Assembly: GCA_051652765.1 (NCBI GenBank) | Contig: JBOFUV010000022.1 | Coordinates: 1-64,000, forward strand | Length of the DNA stretch: 64,000 nucleotides | Reading direction: 5' to 3' | Source: Microcoleaceae cyanobacterium | GTDB lineage: Bacteria; Cyanobacteriota; Cyanobacteriia; Cyanobacteriales; Microcoleaceae | Shown: in pieces, positions 33,688-44,805 of the stretch | Numbering within the stretch: position 1 is the stretch's first letter | Layout of the letters: every line of letters begins with the position of its first letter | Program-made: the position numbers and the translations under genes | The notes under the pieces: generated by a model | Databases searched by the model: none | The model's input: the letters and a program-made list of their open reading frames with translations, nothing else | Told to the model about the DNA's origin: nothing

Positions 33688-34119
33688 TCAACGCTCCCCA
33701 ACACTGGCTTGTTCATAGCAGCCAAAAATTGCCTGGGCTTGGCGGTAATACTTGAACTCCAGCAAGTTCTCAAACGGGTCTTTGAGAAAAAAGGTTAAAT
33801 GTTCCATGGGTTCCCCAGGAAACCGTCGCTTGGGTTCTTGATAAAACATAAGCTGTTGTTGTTGCGCCCGTCCTAGTAAGGTTTGCCAATCTGTTTCCAC
33901 GGTGAAGACCAACCCAAAGTGTCTGGGGTAGATTCCCTGTTGGGGGGCCAAAGGTTCCTGAACAACGTGGGCCACAATTTGATGGCCATACAAGTTCATG
34001 ATCAAGGCTGTTTTTGACTCTCGCCCCAATTCACAGCCCAGACCGTCTCTGTAAAATTTTTTTGCTGCTGCTAAATTTGTCACCGGAAAGGCAAGATGGA
34101 ATAGAGTTGGATTGGTCAT
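33688..34119 (-). CDS. VOC/glyoxalase family protein
   Basis: FHLAFPV, YPRHFG, FFLKDPFENLLEFK; start ATG 34119. Confidence 0.88.
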   Translation of the reverse strand: MTNPTLFHLAFPVTNLAAAKKFYRDGLGCELGRESKTALIMNLYGHQIVAHVVQEPLAPQQGIYPRHFGLVFTVETDWQTLLGRAQQQQLMFYQEPKRRFPGEPMEHLTFFLKDPFENLLEFKYYRQAQAIFGCYEQASVGER

Positions 34120-34132
34120 CGCAAATCGTCCT

Positions 34133-34993
34133 ATGGAAAGTTTAGAGTTGTTAAAGTTAGCAGGTTTAGCAAATTTATTCGCAGATTCAACTACATATGC
34201 TTCACTCTGGATGAATCCTTGGCTATTTGCAGTTATCCTCAACACCATTTTGTTGGGTATTGTCGCAGTTCTCCCCAAAAAACTGCTTACTCCGGCTGGG
34301 CTACTCCATGCTGGAATTCTGGGAGTATTGATCTGGGGATGTCTGGGCTGGCAAGGCTACCTGATCGTCGCATTTTATTTCGTAATTGGTTCAGGAGTCA
34401 CTCGCATTGGTTTAGCCGAAAAGGAGGCCGCTGGAATTGCCGAGAAACGTAGTGGTGCTCGGGGGCCAGAGAACGTTTGGGGTTCAGCATTAACCGCAAC
34501 CTTCTGTGCCCTCGGGGTGCAAATCAGCTCCCTGTTAACCTCATCTGGGGAAACTCTAGAACCGACAATACTGCAGCAGATTTTGCCGCTGTTGCTCCTG
34601 GGCTACGTTGCCAGCTTCAGCACCAAACTCTCAGATACCTGTGCTACTGAGATCGGCAAAGCCTATGGCAAACGCACATTTTTAATTACCACCTTGCAAC
34701 CTGTCCCCAGGGGAACAGAAGGAGCCGTGAGTTTGGAAGGCACGCTAGCGGGGGTTGGGGCTTCAGTGGCGATCGCCATTGTCGGATGGAGTGTGGGTTT
34801 TGTTGATGGTCTTGGGATACTGTGGTGTATGGTCGCAGCGTTCATGGCGACTAGCCTGGAAAGCGTGATTGGGGCAACGATTCAAAGTCGATTGAGTTGG
34901 TTGACGAATGAAGTTGTGAACTTTATCAATACTCTGATAGGGGCGATCATTGCTATGGGACTTGGGTTGGGCTGGAGTTATCTGCCAATTTGA
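34133..34993 (+). CDS. DUF92/TIGR00297 membrane protein
   Basis: RSGARGPENVWGS, SDTCATEIG, GTEGAVSLEGT; start uncertain (34133 or 34211). Confidence 0.88.
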   Translation: MESLELLKLAGLANLFADSTTYASLWMNPWLFAVILNTILLGIVAVLPKKLLTPAGLLHAGILGVLIWGCLGWQGYLIVAFYFVIGSGVTRIGLAEKEAAGIAEKRSGARGPENVWGSALTATFCALGVQISSLLTSSGETLEPTILQQILPLLLLGYVASFSTKLSDTCATEIGKAYGKRTFLITTLQPVPRGTEGAVSLEGTLAGVGASVAIAIVGWSVGFVDGLGILWCMVAAFMATSLESVIGATIQSRLSWLTNEVVNFINTLIGAIIAMGLGLGWSYLPI

Positions 34994-35090
34994 CCCTTTT
35001 TTGAACCTGGCTGACTTCACTTGTCAAACAAGGTTTGCAGGCGGGTTGGATGATCAATTACAAGGGCTACCCAAGGGCTACTTCATCCAG

Positions 35091-36866
35091 TCAGTCGCGA
35101 TGAACGAAGCCACCCCCAATTCCCTGATTGGGATCACGTAGTCTAACGTTCTGATGAACAGGAACAGAAGCGCAGGGCAACTCTGCCGCCCAACACTTGA
35201 GGGCTCGGTTAGCAGGGCGAGAATACTGCACATCATTCACCTGTTCGGTTAAGAGTTTGGTTCTTGGCAATTCAGGAGGGAGGAACAAACGATGACGAGA
35301 TTCACTACTCAGCATGGCTACCAGAGTCAAACCTGCTAAAAATAGCGATATAAAAGTCAATGGTTTTAGCAATTTTTCGTCGGTATTCGGATTGACCTTG
35401 TGCGGGCTCCTATTGAAGAACCTCGCCCAAATATCCCGGATTACTTTGGCACTGATCAAGGCTGGAACCAAAACAAAGTATCCCAGGCCAAACCTCAATA
35501 AAGGACTTTGGGTCATGATCAATGTGATACCTAGCAAACCCAAACCGATTAGCCAATACCGTCCAGGAATTTGATCGCGGTTAGCTCTCAGCAAACTCCA
35601 GGGAATACCAAAGATTGAGATGATCGTTGCCAGGATCATGGCTTGAGACTCGCTGGAGCCAGAAAACCAGTTTAAAAATGGTGCAATTGGAGTTAAAAAA
35701 GAAGTTGGATCTAGAGATGCGTCAGAACTATTTAGCTTCCACCAAAAGCGAATTTCATTTACTTCATTGGTAACAATCCTTTGATTGTCTGTAATTGACC
35801 AGGGGACATCCAGGCACATTGCTGTCGATGGATAAAGGGGGCATCCCGAAGTTGTTATCGCAAAGGCCACCATCGGCAATAACCCTATGATGACAATCAG
35901 AACAGCCCAAACAATTCTTGGATGTTTAACTGTTTCTTTAGAAATTCCCGTAAAACTTGACGGAGTAAAAATAAAGTAGAGAAAGCCAATCACTAAAAGA
36001 GGCAGAGCAGAAAGTTTAATGCTGACGGCTCCAACAGACAAGACCAAGGGAATTACAGCAGGATCTAGATAGTGATTGAAAATCAAAGAATTCTTATCTC
36101 TATCCTTGCTAATTATTAGAATTGACCAGGCCGTTATGATAGTCAAAAATGTGATAGCTATATCGGCAGAAAATGAAATTAAAATTGGTGCGCCAGTGAC
36201 CGCAGTTAAGAGATAAACCACCAAAGCAACCCCTGAAGCAATACTTAAAAACCAGTCAGGAAAATGAGAGTTGCCTTTCCAGATCCGAGTCAGAGTCATG
36301 CAGGTCTGTACAGCAGCAATAAAAAAAATAAATCCATTGGTAACCGCACCAACCTGAGACCCCAAGAAATCAGGTACTAAGGGTGCTGCTAAAGCAAACC
36401 AGGACGACGTAAATCCAAACTTGGCATTAATTAAAGCGACACCAGGAACAGCACCAAATTGTGATAGCCAACGAATTATACCAAAGTGATAGAGGCCGGT
36501 ATCAAACCAGACAATTTTCTGACTGGTAAAAGCTGCTGCCATGATCGCTAAACCCAGGCATCCTAGAATTGAATAAGGAGATAAATCAGATAAAAATTGA
36601 ATAACATCTCGTCGAGTTTTTGCAACTATTCCAGATAGCAAAACCATCAGGATTGCCACTGTTGCTCCTACCCAGGGAGCTAAAGGTAAAACGAGAGATG
36701 TTGCCAGTAGAACCACACAAATAGTGACTAGTCCTAGCCCAATAGAAGCAATAAAGCGATCGCCCAATCGATCGAAACAATTAGCTTGTAAGATGTTTAG
36801 CCAGGTTAGCCCAATAGGAAAGCAAGTAACAATTAGTAACGCCCAAACAATCAAAAAATATACCAT
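35091..36866 (-). CDS. Multi-TM membrane protein (LIC_10190-like, possible GT-C fold)
   Basis: DTGLYH, GFTSSWF, SGCPLYP, PLLRFGLG and CWAAELPC motifs; lies in the glycan cluster. Confidence 0.7.
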   Translation of the reverse strand: MVYFLIVWALLIVTCFPIGLTWLNILQANCFDRLGDRFIASIGLGLVTICVVLLATSLVLPLAPWVGATVAILMVLLSGIVAKTRRDVIQFLSDLSPYSILGCLGLAIMAAAFTSQKIVWFDTGLYHFGIIRWLSQFGAVPGVALINAKFGFTSSWFALAAPLVPDFLGSQVGAVTNGFIFFIAAVQTCMTLTRIWKGNSHFPDWFLSIASGVALVVYLLTAVTGAPILISFSADIAITFLTIITAWSILIISKDRDKNSLIFNHYLDPAVIPLVLSVGAVSIKLSALPLLVIGFLYFIFTPSSFTGISKETVKHPRIVWAVLIVIIGLLPMVAFAITTSGCPLYPSTAMCLDVPWSITDNQRIVTNEVNEIRFWWKLNSSDASLDPTSFLTPIAPFLNWFSGSSESQAMILATIISIFGIPWSLLRANRDQIPGRYWLIGLGLLGITLIMTQSPLLRFGLGYFVLVPALISAKVIRDIWARFFNRSPHKVNPNTDEKLLKPLTFISLFLAGLTLVAMLSSESRHRLFLPPELPRTKLLTEQVNDVQYSRPANRALKCWAAELPCASVPVHQNVRLRDPNQGIGGGFVHRD

Positions 36867-36908
36867 AGCTGTGAAGATTAAAAACAGGATCTAGTCACAA
36901 ATTTCAGA

Positions 36909-37829
36909 TTAACTATTCTCAGGGGAAAACCGATTAAGTGAAGCATTGGATTTCTGATGATTTCGCTCCCAGAAAAAGCCTGAAACATTTGCCACCTGCG
37001 AAAGCAAAAATAAGGCGGAAATTAGCAGTCTGAACTGTTGTAAAGATTGTTGAAATGGATAGGTGAGTAACTTAAAATAGAATGATAAAGGTTCAACCTG
37101 GATTTTTCCTGTACCTCTTTGGGCTCGTAGTTGATGAAAGTGAAATGCCCCTCGACCGTAGTTAAAGTGTTGTCGCCAGAACTTAAATAAGGTCAAATGA
37201 TGGGCATGGTAGACTTGAGCTTCTGCAACAGAAACCATGGAATTACCGTGGTGAAGCCAGCGATCGCAAAATTCTCGATCTTCACCTGCAGCCAGAGGAA
37301 AAGTAGTATCAAACTTCCCAATTTGGTTAAAAATCTCGCTTGGTAAAGCAAAGTTATTTGAGGCAAAAAAAGTTGCCTGTTGAGGATTGAAATTATAATA
37401 ATCATACAGAAAGTCAATCAAAACCTGGCTTGCTGTGGAGAACAGGTTCTCCGGCAAAGCATTCAAGGTTTTCCCTCCCAAGAGAGAGTTTGGGGTTAGG
37501 GTAAACTGAGTTTCTAAGTGTTTTAACCAGGTTTTTGTGGGCTGACAATCATCATCTGTAAATACAATGTATTTTCCCCTAGCATGGGTTGCCCCAGTAT
37601 TTCGAGCGCTGGCTGGGCCTGAATTTTTTTGAGTGACGAATTCAATATTGAGAGACTGATAAAATGGCTCAACGACGGGGGTCAAAGTCATAGAACTACC
37701 ATCATCTACAACAATCACTTCAAAGCGATCGCGAGGGTAGTCTAGCTGGCTTAAAGCTTGTAGACAACTAGTCAATCGTTCAGGTCGATTATAGGTTGGG
37801 ATAACAATTGAAAAACTAATCTGACTCAT
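36909..37829 (-). CDS. Glycosyltransferase family 2
   Basis: SIVIPTYNR, VDDGS, FTDDD, GED. Confidence 0.92.
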   Translation of the reverse strand: MSQISFSIVIPTYNRPERLTSCLQALSQLDYPRDRFEVIVVDDGSSMTLTPVVEPFYQSLNIEFVTQKNSGPASARNTGATHARGKYIVFTDDDCQPTKTWLKHLETQFTLTPNSLLGGKTLNALPENLFSTASQVLIDFLYDYYNFNPQQATFFASNNFALPSEIFNQIGKFDTTFPLAAGEDREFCDRWLHHGNSMVSVAEAQVYHAHHLTLFKFWRQHFNYGRGAFHFHQLRAQRGTGKIQVEPLSFYFKLLTYPFQQSLQQFRLLISALFLLSQVANVSGFFWERNHQKSNASLNRFSPENS

Positions 37830-37860
37830 GGTTTTTATTCAAAGTTTCATTCAAAGTTTT

Positions 37861-39534
37861 CTAGGGTTTCTGATCAATTTGTTGAGCTAAATACACAATG
37901 TAAGTACTCTCTTCCGATGCCATAGAATGTTTGCTGAATCGTTTAAGTTCAGTAACCCTTACAGAAGATTGGGCAAACAAATCTGGATCTAACTGTTGAG
38001 TTAAAACCATCAAGATTCCTTCGGGTCTTTGCTGGGTTAACCATTCTATTTTCTGCAAGAGATCTTGTTGACTTATCTTTTCTCCCCACCCTCTCCAAAA
38101 GCTACCAAATCTGTCGACTTCAAGATAATAAAGTTTCTTATTTAGATATCCTGATATGACTGATGTCAGTCTATCATCCATTCCTAGTATCTCCAAATGA
38201 GACAGGCTATTCTTTTGAATGAATTGAGCTGTCTCTCTTCCCATAGAAAAAGGATAGAATGTATCTATACTATAAGCATGAAGTCCAGCAATGAAATGAA
38301 CAGAAAGTAAAATCGTTAAAGCTTTCTTTCTAAGCTGATTTCTAGGCGTGGTACAGCATTCTAATTGATAATCTAATTTTCGATTTAAACGTTGATGATT
38401 TAAGTATTTTGCTTCAAATATCCACAAGCAAGCAATGAGTAAAATAAATAAATGACCGTGATGTCTAGTTGATCCAGCAAAGATTAATCCGCTGAAAACA
38501 ATTAGACTGAAACTGCCGAAAATATAGATCCAAAGAACCAAGGGTTTCTCAGACAATAATCTAATACAAATGACTGCAATTATACTGGAGATCAGCAATG
38601 CAATTAGGGTTCCTATCACAACACCTTCCCCTCCAAGATAAATTTCAGAAAGTGAAGGATTTCGGGTTAGAATATTTGACCTCCAAAATTCTGTACCAGA
38701 TTCAGATGGGATTGGAAAATAACTCGACCATATATTTACAACTGCTCTCAGACATGACTTAATTCCACGACTTAAACCTGGGTTAGATTGCATCTCCGCT
38801 GTTGCCGTTGTGATAGAATTGAATAGCTTCGGAGCATAATCTTTCAAAATTGTAGGCCGCGCAATTTGTACAATTGAAAGTCCCCATCCTGAAACTAAAA
38901 TGATCAGACTCATCCATGATTTTTTCCTCGCAAAAAGTTTGGTTTTAAGAGCATAGACGGCATCCTGAGTAAAGACGAGAGCAAGAGCAAAACTAATAAT
39001 CAGGGCATAAACATTTGCATTTGCCATCAGAGCGAGGATAGCAGCTAATAACGTAGGCTTCTTGGTTCCATATCTAGAGTAAACTGCACAGAATAGAAAG
39101 ATAAACAGAACCCCTAAATTATAATTTCTACTAATTACGGTATATTCATAAAAAATGAAGTAGCTAAATGTGAGTAAAAATCGATGCAGTAGTAAAAATG
39201 GAGAATGTTTAACAATTAAATAAACAATCAGACTTGATATCAAGAGATGAAAAACCTGCATGATCAGAGGGTTGTGACTAATATGGTTTAGTCCATATAG
39301 GCAAAGATGCCATAAGCCCGGATGCCCCTCATAACGCATATTATTAAATAGTTCAATTATTGAATGGCTATCTCGTGCGAGTGACCAAGATTGCAACTCA
39401 TCTCGCCACATTTCGTGATTGAGAATGCCGAAAAATCCAAAAATAATAAATGCAGCAATAATACTATTCTCAATCACAGATTGATTAGTGGGAATATAAG
39501 ATGTCTTTTTATAAGTTGTGGGCGGATTTAACAT
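37861..39534 (-). CDS. Multi-TM protein, putative GT-C glycosyltransferase
   Basis: HEMWRDE, YEGHPGLW, YEYTVISRNY; AT-rich gene. Confidence 0.7.
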   Translation of the reverse strand: MLNPPTTYKKTSYIPTNQSVIENSIIAAFIIFGFFGILNHEMWRDELQSWSLARDSHSIIELFNNMRYEGHPGLWHLCLYGLNHISHNPLIMQVFHLLISSLIVYLIVKHSPFLLLHRFLLTFSYFIFYEYTVISRNYNLGVLFIFLFCAVYSRYGTKKPTLLAAILALMANANVYALIISFALALVFTQDAVYALKTKLFARKKSWMSLIILVSGWGLSIVQIARPTILKDYAPKLFNSITTATAEMQSNPGLSRGIKSCLRAVVNIWSSYFPIPSESGTEFWRSNILTRNPSLSEIYLGGEGVVIGTLIALLISSIIAVICIRLLSEKPLVLWIYIFGSFSLIVFSGLIFAGSTRHHGHLFILLIACLWIFEAKYLNHQRLNRKLDYQLECCTTPRNQLRKKALTILLSVHFIAGLHAYSIDTFYPFSMGRETAQFIQKNSLSHLEILGMDDRLTSVISGYLNKKLYYLEVDRFGSFWRGWGEKISQQDLLQKIEWLTQQRPEGILMVLTQQLDPDLFAQSSVRVTELKRFSKHSMASEESTYIVYLAQQIDQKP

Positions 39535-39551
39535 GACTTTAACGAGTAGCT

Positions 39552-41018
39552 TTAATGAAGAGCCTTCTTTGGTTTTTGAGGCTTTAAGGTTTTGAACAGA
39601 TTTAACAGTTGATGAAACAATTCTGGATCAATAATTCGTACAGCAAGTCCATAGATAATCATGCCAGTAGCCGTTCCAATGATCAGTAACAATCCTGGGT
39701 GAACTGAACTGCCCAAACAGTACTTCAAGACTAAAACACTGATCACCATTAAGTAGGTGCTAATCAGAGGAGTAACAAACTGCTTTAAGTAAGTGATGAT
39801 CGGAACATGAATCAATTGACTGACCGCGATCTGACTCACTGGAAAAACCAGATATAGACTGATTGTATAAGCCAATGCCACAGCAATAATTCCTGACTTC
39901 ACGGCGACTAAACAGGCAACTGAACTTAAAATTGCTTCCAAAAAATTAACCCGAAGTCGCCAATCTGGTCTGCCCATTGCTGTTAAAACAGAGGCATTGA
40001 AATAGGAGAGAGAGTGCAGAATCCCGACGAAGGATAGCACCTGCATGATTGGAATAGAGGGAATCCACTGTTCCCCAAATATAACTGTAACCACTTCAGG
40101 AGCCAGAGTTGCCATGCCCAAAAAAGTTGGAAATGCAACTAAACTTGTGAGCTGAGTGACGCGGTAAAATGCATGACGAAAACGTTCGGGCTCTGCTTGT
40201 AACTTAGAAAAAGTCGGTAGCGCAACTTGATTGCTGGTGCTAACCAACAACTGAGTCATGACTTCCAAAACCCGATAGGCGATCGCATAGTAACCTAAAG
40301 CAACTTCCCCCAGAAAAAAACCAATAATCAAATTATCGGAACGTTTGCTGATAAACCGGAGGAATTTAAACCCCATAACATTGATGCCAAAGCTGGATAA
40401 ATCTTGAAAGTGTTTGCTTGAGAATTGGAACTGAGGTCGCCAACTCACAGCTTGCCATAATACCAGAACGGCAACGGATTCAAAGACAATTTGTTGACTG
40501 ACTAAACTCCAAACCCCAAACCCTGAAATCGCCATGACAATTCCAACAATGCCCCCAAAAAGAATAGCAATTAAGGTTCGGATTGCCATTACTTTAAATG
40601 CCATTTCTCGACTGAGAATTGCTTCATGAACGTGCCGCAAAGCATTGACGCAGAAGAGAATAGAAAAGCATCTCAAGATGGGAGCTAAGTCAGGCTGATT
40701 AAACATTCCAGCGATAGAATCGGCTAGCAACAAGCTCAAAGCTGTCAGGCAAATTCCAATCAAAACATTTGTCCAGAATGCCGTATTCAAATGCTCAGGT
40801 TCTAAATCCTGTCGCTGAATTAAGGCTTGGGTAAATCCCTGTTCCAACAAAATCTGCATGAATAGTAAAAATGTATTCGCCAATGCTACTAGGCCAAAGG
40901 CTTCAGGTGTCAGCAACCGTGCCAGGACTAAGAATACAATCAGGGAGCCCGCTTGACTTCCCCAGTTTTGAATGGCTGACCAGATGACACCCTTAAATAC
41001 TTTTTGCTTGATGCTCAT
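39552..41018 (-). CDS. Wzx-like flippase (polysaccharide biosynthesis protein)
   Basis: LARLLTPEAFG, GFGVWSLV, LGYYAIAY; about 12-14 TM segments. Confidence 0.9.
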   Translation of the reverse strand: MSIKQKVFKGVIWSAIQNWGSQAGSLIVFLVLARLLTPEAFGLVALANTFLLFMQILLEQGFTQALIQRQDLEPEHLNTAFWTNVLIGICLTALSLLLADSIAGMFNQPDLAPILRCFSILFCVNALRHVHEAILSREMAFKVMAIRTLIAILFGGIVGIVMAISGFGVWSLVSQQIVFESVAVLVLWQAVSWRPQFQFSSKHFQDLSSFGINVMGFKFLRFISKRSDNLIIGFFLGEVALGYYAIAYRVLEVMTQLLVSTSNQVALPTFSKLQAEPERFRHAFYRVTQLTSLVAFPTFLGMATLAPEVVTVIFGEQWIPSIPIMQVLSFVGILHSLSYFNASVLTAMGRPDWRLRVNFLEAILSSVACLVAVKSGIIAVALAYTISLYLVFPVSQIAVSQLIHVPIITYLKQFVTPLISTYLMVISVLVLKYCLGSSVHPGLLLIIGTATGMIIYGLAVRIIDPELFHQLLNLFKTLKPQKPKKALH

Positions 41019-42264
41019 CGAATGATTGACCTAAAGCCATTAATTCATTGGGCTTGAGTGTCTCTGTTTGATAACACTTGGAATTGACGATGAGATTCTG
41101 ATAAATTCTTAGAAATTGGTCAGTTCGACGCGCTTCGCTAAAGTGATCAATTGCCCGTTGACGACCTGCTTGACCCATCTGTTCACACAGGATTCGATCT
41201 TGTAGCAGACCCAGTAAAGCTTGAGCGAGAGCATTCACATCACCTGGAGGAGTGAGAAATCCGGTTTCGCCCTCTGCAACAATTTCAGGTTGAGCGCCAA
41301 CAGTGCTAGCGACTATAGCGGTTCCCCGCATCATCGCCTCTGTGGTAACGTTGCCAAATGGTTCTGCCCAGAGAGAGGGCACAACCTGAACCCAGGCTGA
41401 ATCAAATACCGCTTCCATCTGAGGTCGGGGGAGATGACCCAGCCAGGTGACGGATTCAGTGATGCCTAGGTTTTCCGTCAAACTTTGCAAGCCCGCCAAC
41501 TCAACCCCTTGACCTGCGATTAACAGCTTGGCTTGAGGAACCCGATCCCGAACCTGAGCAAACGCCTGGAGCAATACATCCACTCCTTTTTCAGGAACCA
41601 ATCGCCCAGCAAAAGTAACTGTGGGTGGGTCACTCAAAGGGGGTCGGAGCGAACGTTCTGGCACGCCGTTATGAACGACTTGAATGGGCTCAATCCCCTC
41701 TGCTGCAAGCTTTGCCTTCATCCCGTGACTGAGGGTAACCACTAAGTTAAAGGCGCTTTTCCATTGTTGCCAAAGTTGGTGCTGTATCATCAACACTGCC
41801 CAGGATTGGGGGGTAAGACAGCCACTTTTCAAGCAAGCCAGTCCAGCCTGCTGTTCACAATCAGAGCCATCCGGGAGTAGCTTCGTTCCTAGGGGACAAA
41901 TTGCCTTGTAAACTGCCGTTTGATACAGACAGGGAAAGTTCTGTAACAAGGGCAGAATCGCTGGAGAAATTTGCCAGAGAAACATCCGAACATGAATCAC
42001 ATCGGGCCGAAATTCCCGCAGAATTTGCCGGAGCTTGAAATACGCCGAGGGATTGACCGTTTGGGAAAGCACCTGGGTTAAGGTATTGGTTCCAAAACAG
42101 TCGTAGTCCGCCAGGAACTCACTTCCCGCCACAGGCATTGCCCGACTGGAAAACAACCGGGCATCATGACCGCGATCGCGCAATCCTTGGCGCAGGGACA
42201 ACATTTGCAATTCTGCGCCTCCGGTTGGCGTTCCCAGATCGTGAATCAGCAGGATTTTCATCAA
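40993..42264 (-). CDS. Glycosyltransferase family 4
   Basis: GGAE, GRLVPEKG, EPFGNVTTEAM. Confidence 0.92.
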   Translation of the reverse strand: MMKILLIHDLGTPTGGAELQMLSLRQGLRDRGHDARLFSSRAMPVAGSEFLADYDCFGTNTLTQVLSQTVNPSAYFKLRQILREFRPDVIHVRMFLWQISPAILPLLQNFPCLYQTAVYKAICPLGTKLLPDGSDCEQQAGLACLKSGCLTPQSWAVLMIQHQLWQQWKSAFNLVVTLSHGMKAKLAAEGIEPIQVVHNGVPERSLRPPLSDPPTVTFAGRLVPEKGVDVLLQAFAQVRDRVPQAKLLIAGQGVELAGLQSLTENLGITESVTWLGHLPRPQMEAVFDSAWVQVVPSLWAEPFGNVTTEAMMRGTAIVASTVGAQPEIVAEGETGFLTPPGDVNALAQALLGLLQDRILCEQMGQAGRQRAIDHFSEARRTDQFLRIYQNLIVNSKCYQTETLKPNELMALGQSFDEHQAKSI

Positions 42265-43316
42265 GATTTTCCAGCCATAGCAGGAGTTTGAGAACGCTTC
42301 ACTACGGTTGGCTGACTTTCGGGCTGAAGGTGCTTCTGAGCATATTGGCTAGTCAAGTAATTGTTCAGTATCTTCTCCAATGGAGCCAGGAAGCCAAACA
42401 TTACCAGTTTTTGCAGGAAGATATTCTGGGTATTGAAGGTCAACCGTTGCAGGATTGGTTTTAGGATAGTGTCCCGTCGCCGCCAACCCAGGGCTTTGTA
42501 CTTGTGCTGGAAGTAACCATCTTCGGCCAAATCCCACTTCTCCCGAATCCGACTTAAACTGTGCAATTCCCAGGCATCACTCCAGCGCAGCATATAGAAA
42601 TGGAGATCTGACCACTGCAGGGGCGAAGTTGGTACATAGGTGACCAAACTCTCCGGTTCAAAGTAAACTGAGCCTCCAGCTTGCATTACCGCCATACAAA
42701 AGTCCACGTGCTCCTTGGTATTCAGCATGGTTTCATCGAAGTAGCCCAGTTGCTCAAAAATTTCAGTCCGAGCCAACATGCAGTGAAACTCACACAGCTC
42801 TGTTTCGGTGCGTTGTAAGTTCGGCAAGACACCAACAACCTGTTGCCCCTGTTTATACATTTTTTCTCGCAACCGCCTTCTGCCTCTGGCATCCACAACT
42901 ACACGGGATTCCCCTCCCGCAAAGTGAATTTCAGTGTGAACGGGTTCAAATTGACACATCAGTGGGCCAACAATAGTTGCATTCGTGGCTTCAGCGCAGT
43001 CGATCAGCGTTTCTAACCAACCAGGGGAGGCAATCACATCGTTATCAACAAAGGCAACGTATTTCGTGTCAACCTCAGCCAGACCGATATTTCTGGCCCG
43101 GTTGGGGAATAGATAATAATCCGTTCGGATGAGTTTAAATCCTTTGGTCTGGGCCTGGGTTTCTAAATACTGCTTGACTTCCGGCGGGGAATTCCCGTCT
43201 ACATAAACCAACTTGAACGAAATTGGGGTATGTTCGTAGATGCTTTCCAGGGATTCACGGGTATAGCTAAAGCGTTCACGGGGCACAACAATAATGGTTA
43301 CAATTGGGTCGCTCAT
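42261..43316 (-). CDS. Glycosyltransferase family 2
   Basis: IIVVPRE, YVDGNS, ARNIGL, FVDND; start ATG 43316. Confidence 0.85.
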   Translation of the reverse strand: MSDPIVTIIVVPRERFSYTRESLESIYEHTPISFKLVYVDGNSPPEVKQYLETQAQTKGFKLIRTDYYLFPNRARNIGLAEVDTKYVAFVDNDVIASPGWLETLIDCAEATNATIVGPLMCQFEPVHTEIHFAGGESRVVVDARGRRRLREKMYKQGQQVVGVLPNLQRTETELCEFHCMLARTEIFEQLGYFDETMLNTKEHVDFCMAVMQAGGSVYFEPESLVTYVPTSPLQWSDLHFYMLRWSDAWELHSLSRIREKWDLAEDGYFQHKYKALGWRRRDTILKPILQRLTFNTQNIFLQKLVMFGFLAPLEKILNNYLTSQYAQKHLQPESQPTVVKRSQTPAMAGKS

Positions 43317-43338
43317 CGGGTTAATCTCCTGATTGTTA

Positions 43339-44805
43339 CTATCCTGGTTGGGCAGCCACTTGAGGTTTTTGCCGTTTTTGCCATTCCTCTTTGGTAAATT
43401 CTTCGTGGTAAGACCGTTCAACATTCACATTCCACAGATCGTAATGCTCACCCAATAAATTTCGAGCTGCCAGATATCCAGTCAACATTGAGTGATCCTG
43501 GTTATTGTAGCGATGCATCCCATTGCGACCGACGGTTTGCAAGTTGTCAAACCGGGCCAGATATTCCTGAATCACCTGCAAATGTTGGCGATACTCGCGG
43601 TCGTAGACTGGATAAGCCTTCGGTTGGCGGATGATGGTGCCATCTTCCACGTCACTGGCCTGGGCTAGCCCCAATGTCTCGATTTCGCGGGTTGCCAGAT
43701 CTAGCAATTCGGTATCTGAGGCTTCCCAGATTGGATCGCCAACTGAACAAAAATACTCCATACCAACACAGGTTTTACTCAGGTCAGGCACCATCTCCGG
43801 ACTCCAGTTTTTAAAATTCTGAATCCGACCCACCTTTGCTTCTGGACTGTGAATATAGATCCAGTTATCGGGAAATAAATGGCGCTTATTAATCACTAGG
43901 GCAACAATCAAAAAATCTCGGTAGGATAGGGATTGGGCAGCATAAAGCACTTCCTCTGGGGGTAGAGGATCGAGCCGATTGATCAGAGCTGTGACTGGCA
44001 TACTGGAAATAAAGTTATCTGCCGTCAGCCGAGTCTGTTGTCCGCCCTGATCCGCAATCACCTCAGTAATTTGATAGCCTTTTCGTTTGATGCTAACTAC
44101 TCGGGTATTCAGGGAAACCTGACCCCCATTGGCATCTACCTTTTCTTGAAACCGTTCCCACATCATTCCTGGCCCGAGGCGAGGATAGTCAAATTCCTTA
44201 ATCAAGGTTTTCGTATCATTACTGCCAAATAGGGCATTAATTACCGCTTTCTTCAAGGACAATCCTTTGATGCGTTGAGCAGCCCATTCTGCTTCAATTT
44301 TATTGCAGGGAATGCCCCAAACTTTCTCGGTGTAGGTTTTAAAGAACGTGCGATACAGCCGCGCCCCAAAACAGTTTGTCACCCAATCCTCAAAGGTTTC
44401 AGCTTCAAGATCAGGCTCTAACCTGGCTTTTACCTTGGCCTTCAGGTAGCTTAATAAGATCAAAACACTTTCGATTAATCCCAGGTTGGTTAATGTCTTG
44501 AAAATTGATAGGGGATAGTCGTAAAACTTGTTTTGGTAATAAATCCGAGACATTCGCGGCACCTGAATGAAATCATCTGCCAGAACTTCTCGCCAGAGCT
44601 GATTAACAATATCAACTTTAGTAAAAAATCGATGACCACCAATATCAAACCGATAGCCTTTATAAACCTCCGTGCGAGAGATTCCCCCAACTTGAGCCGC
44701 CGCTTCTAAAACGAGCGGATGCACGCCATTTTTCGTCAGTTCATACGCAGCAGTCAAACCTGCAGGGCCAGCCCCAACGATAACCGTTGAATAATGATTA
44801 GACAC
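43339..44805 (-). CDS. FAD-dependent oxidoreductase (UDP-galactopyranose mutase/protoporphyrinogen oxidase-like)
   Basis: GAGPAGL, DIGGHRFF, GRNGMHRYNNQDH; probable GTG start at 44805. Confidence 0.85.
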   Translation of the reverse strand: MSNHYSTVIVGAGPAGLTAAYELTKNGVHPLVLEAAAQVGGISRTEVYKGYRFDIGGHRFFTKVDIVNQLWREVLADDFIQVPRMSRIYYQNKFYDYPLSIFKTLTNLGLIESVLILLSYLKAKVKARLEPDLEAETFEDWVTNCFGARLYRTFFKTYTEKVWGIPCNKIEAEWAAQRIKGLSLKKAVINALFGSNDTKTLIKEFDYPRLGPGMMWERFQEKVDANGGQVSLNTRVVSIKRKGYQITEVIADQGGQQTRLTADNFISSMPVTALINRLDPLPPEEVLYAAQSLSYRDFLIVALVINKRHLFPDNWIYIHSPEAKVGRIQNFKNWSPEMVPDLSKTCVGMEYFCSVGDPIWEASDTELLDLATREIETLGLAQASDVEDGTIIRQPKAYPVYDREYRQHLQVIQEYLARFDNLQTVGRNGMHRYNNQDHSMLTGYLAARNLLGEHYDLWNVNVERSYHEEFTKEEWQKRQKPQVAAQPG

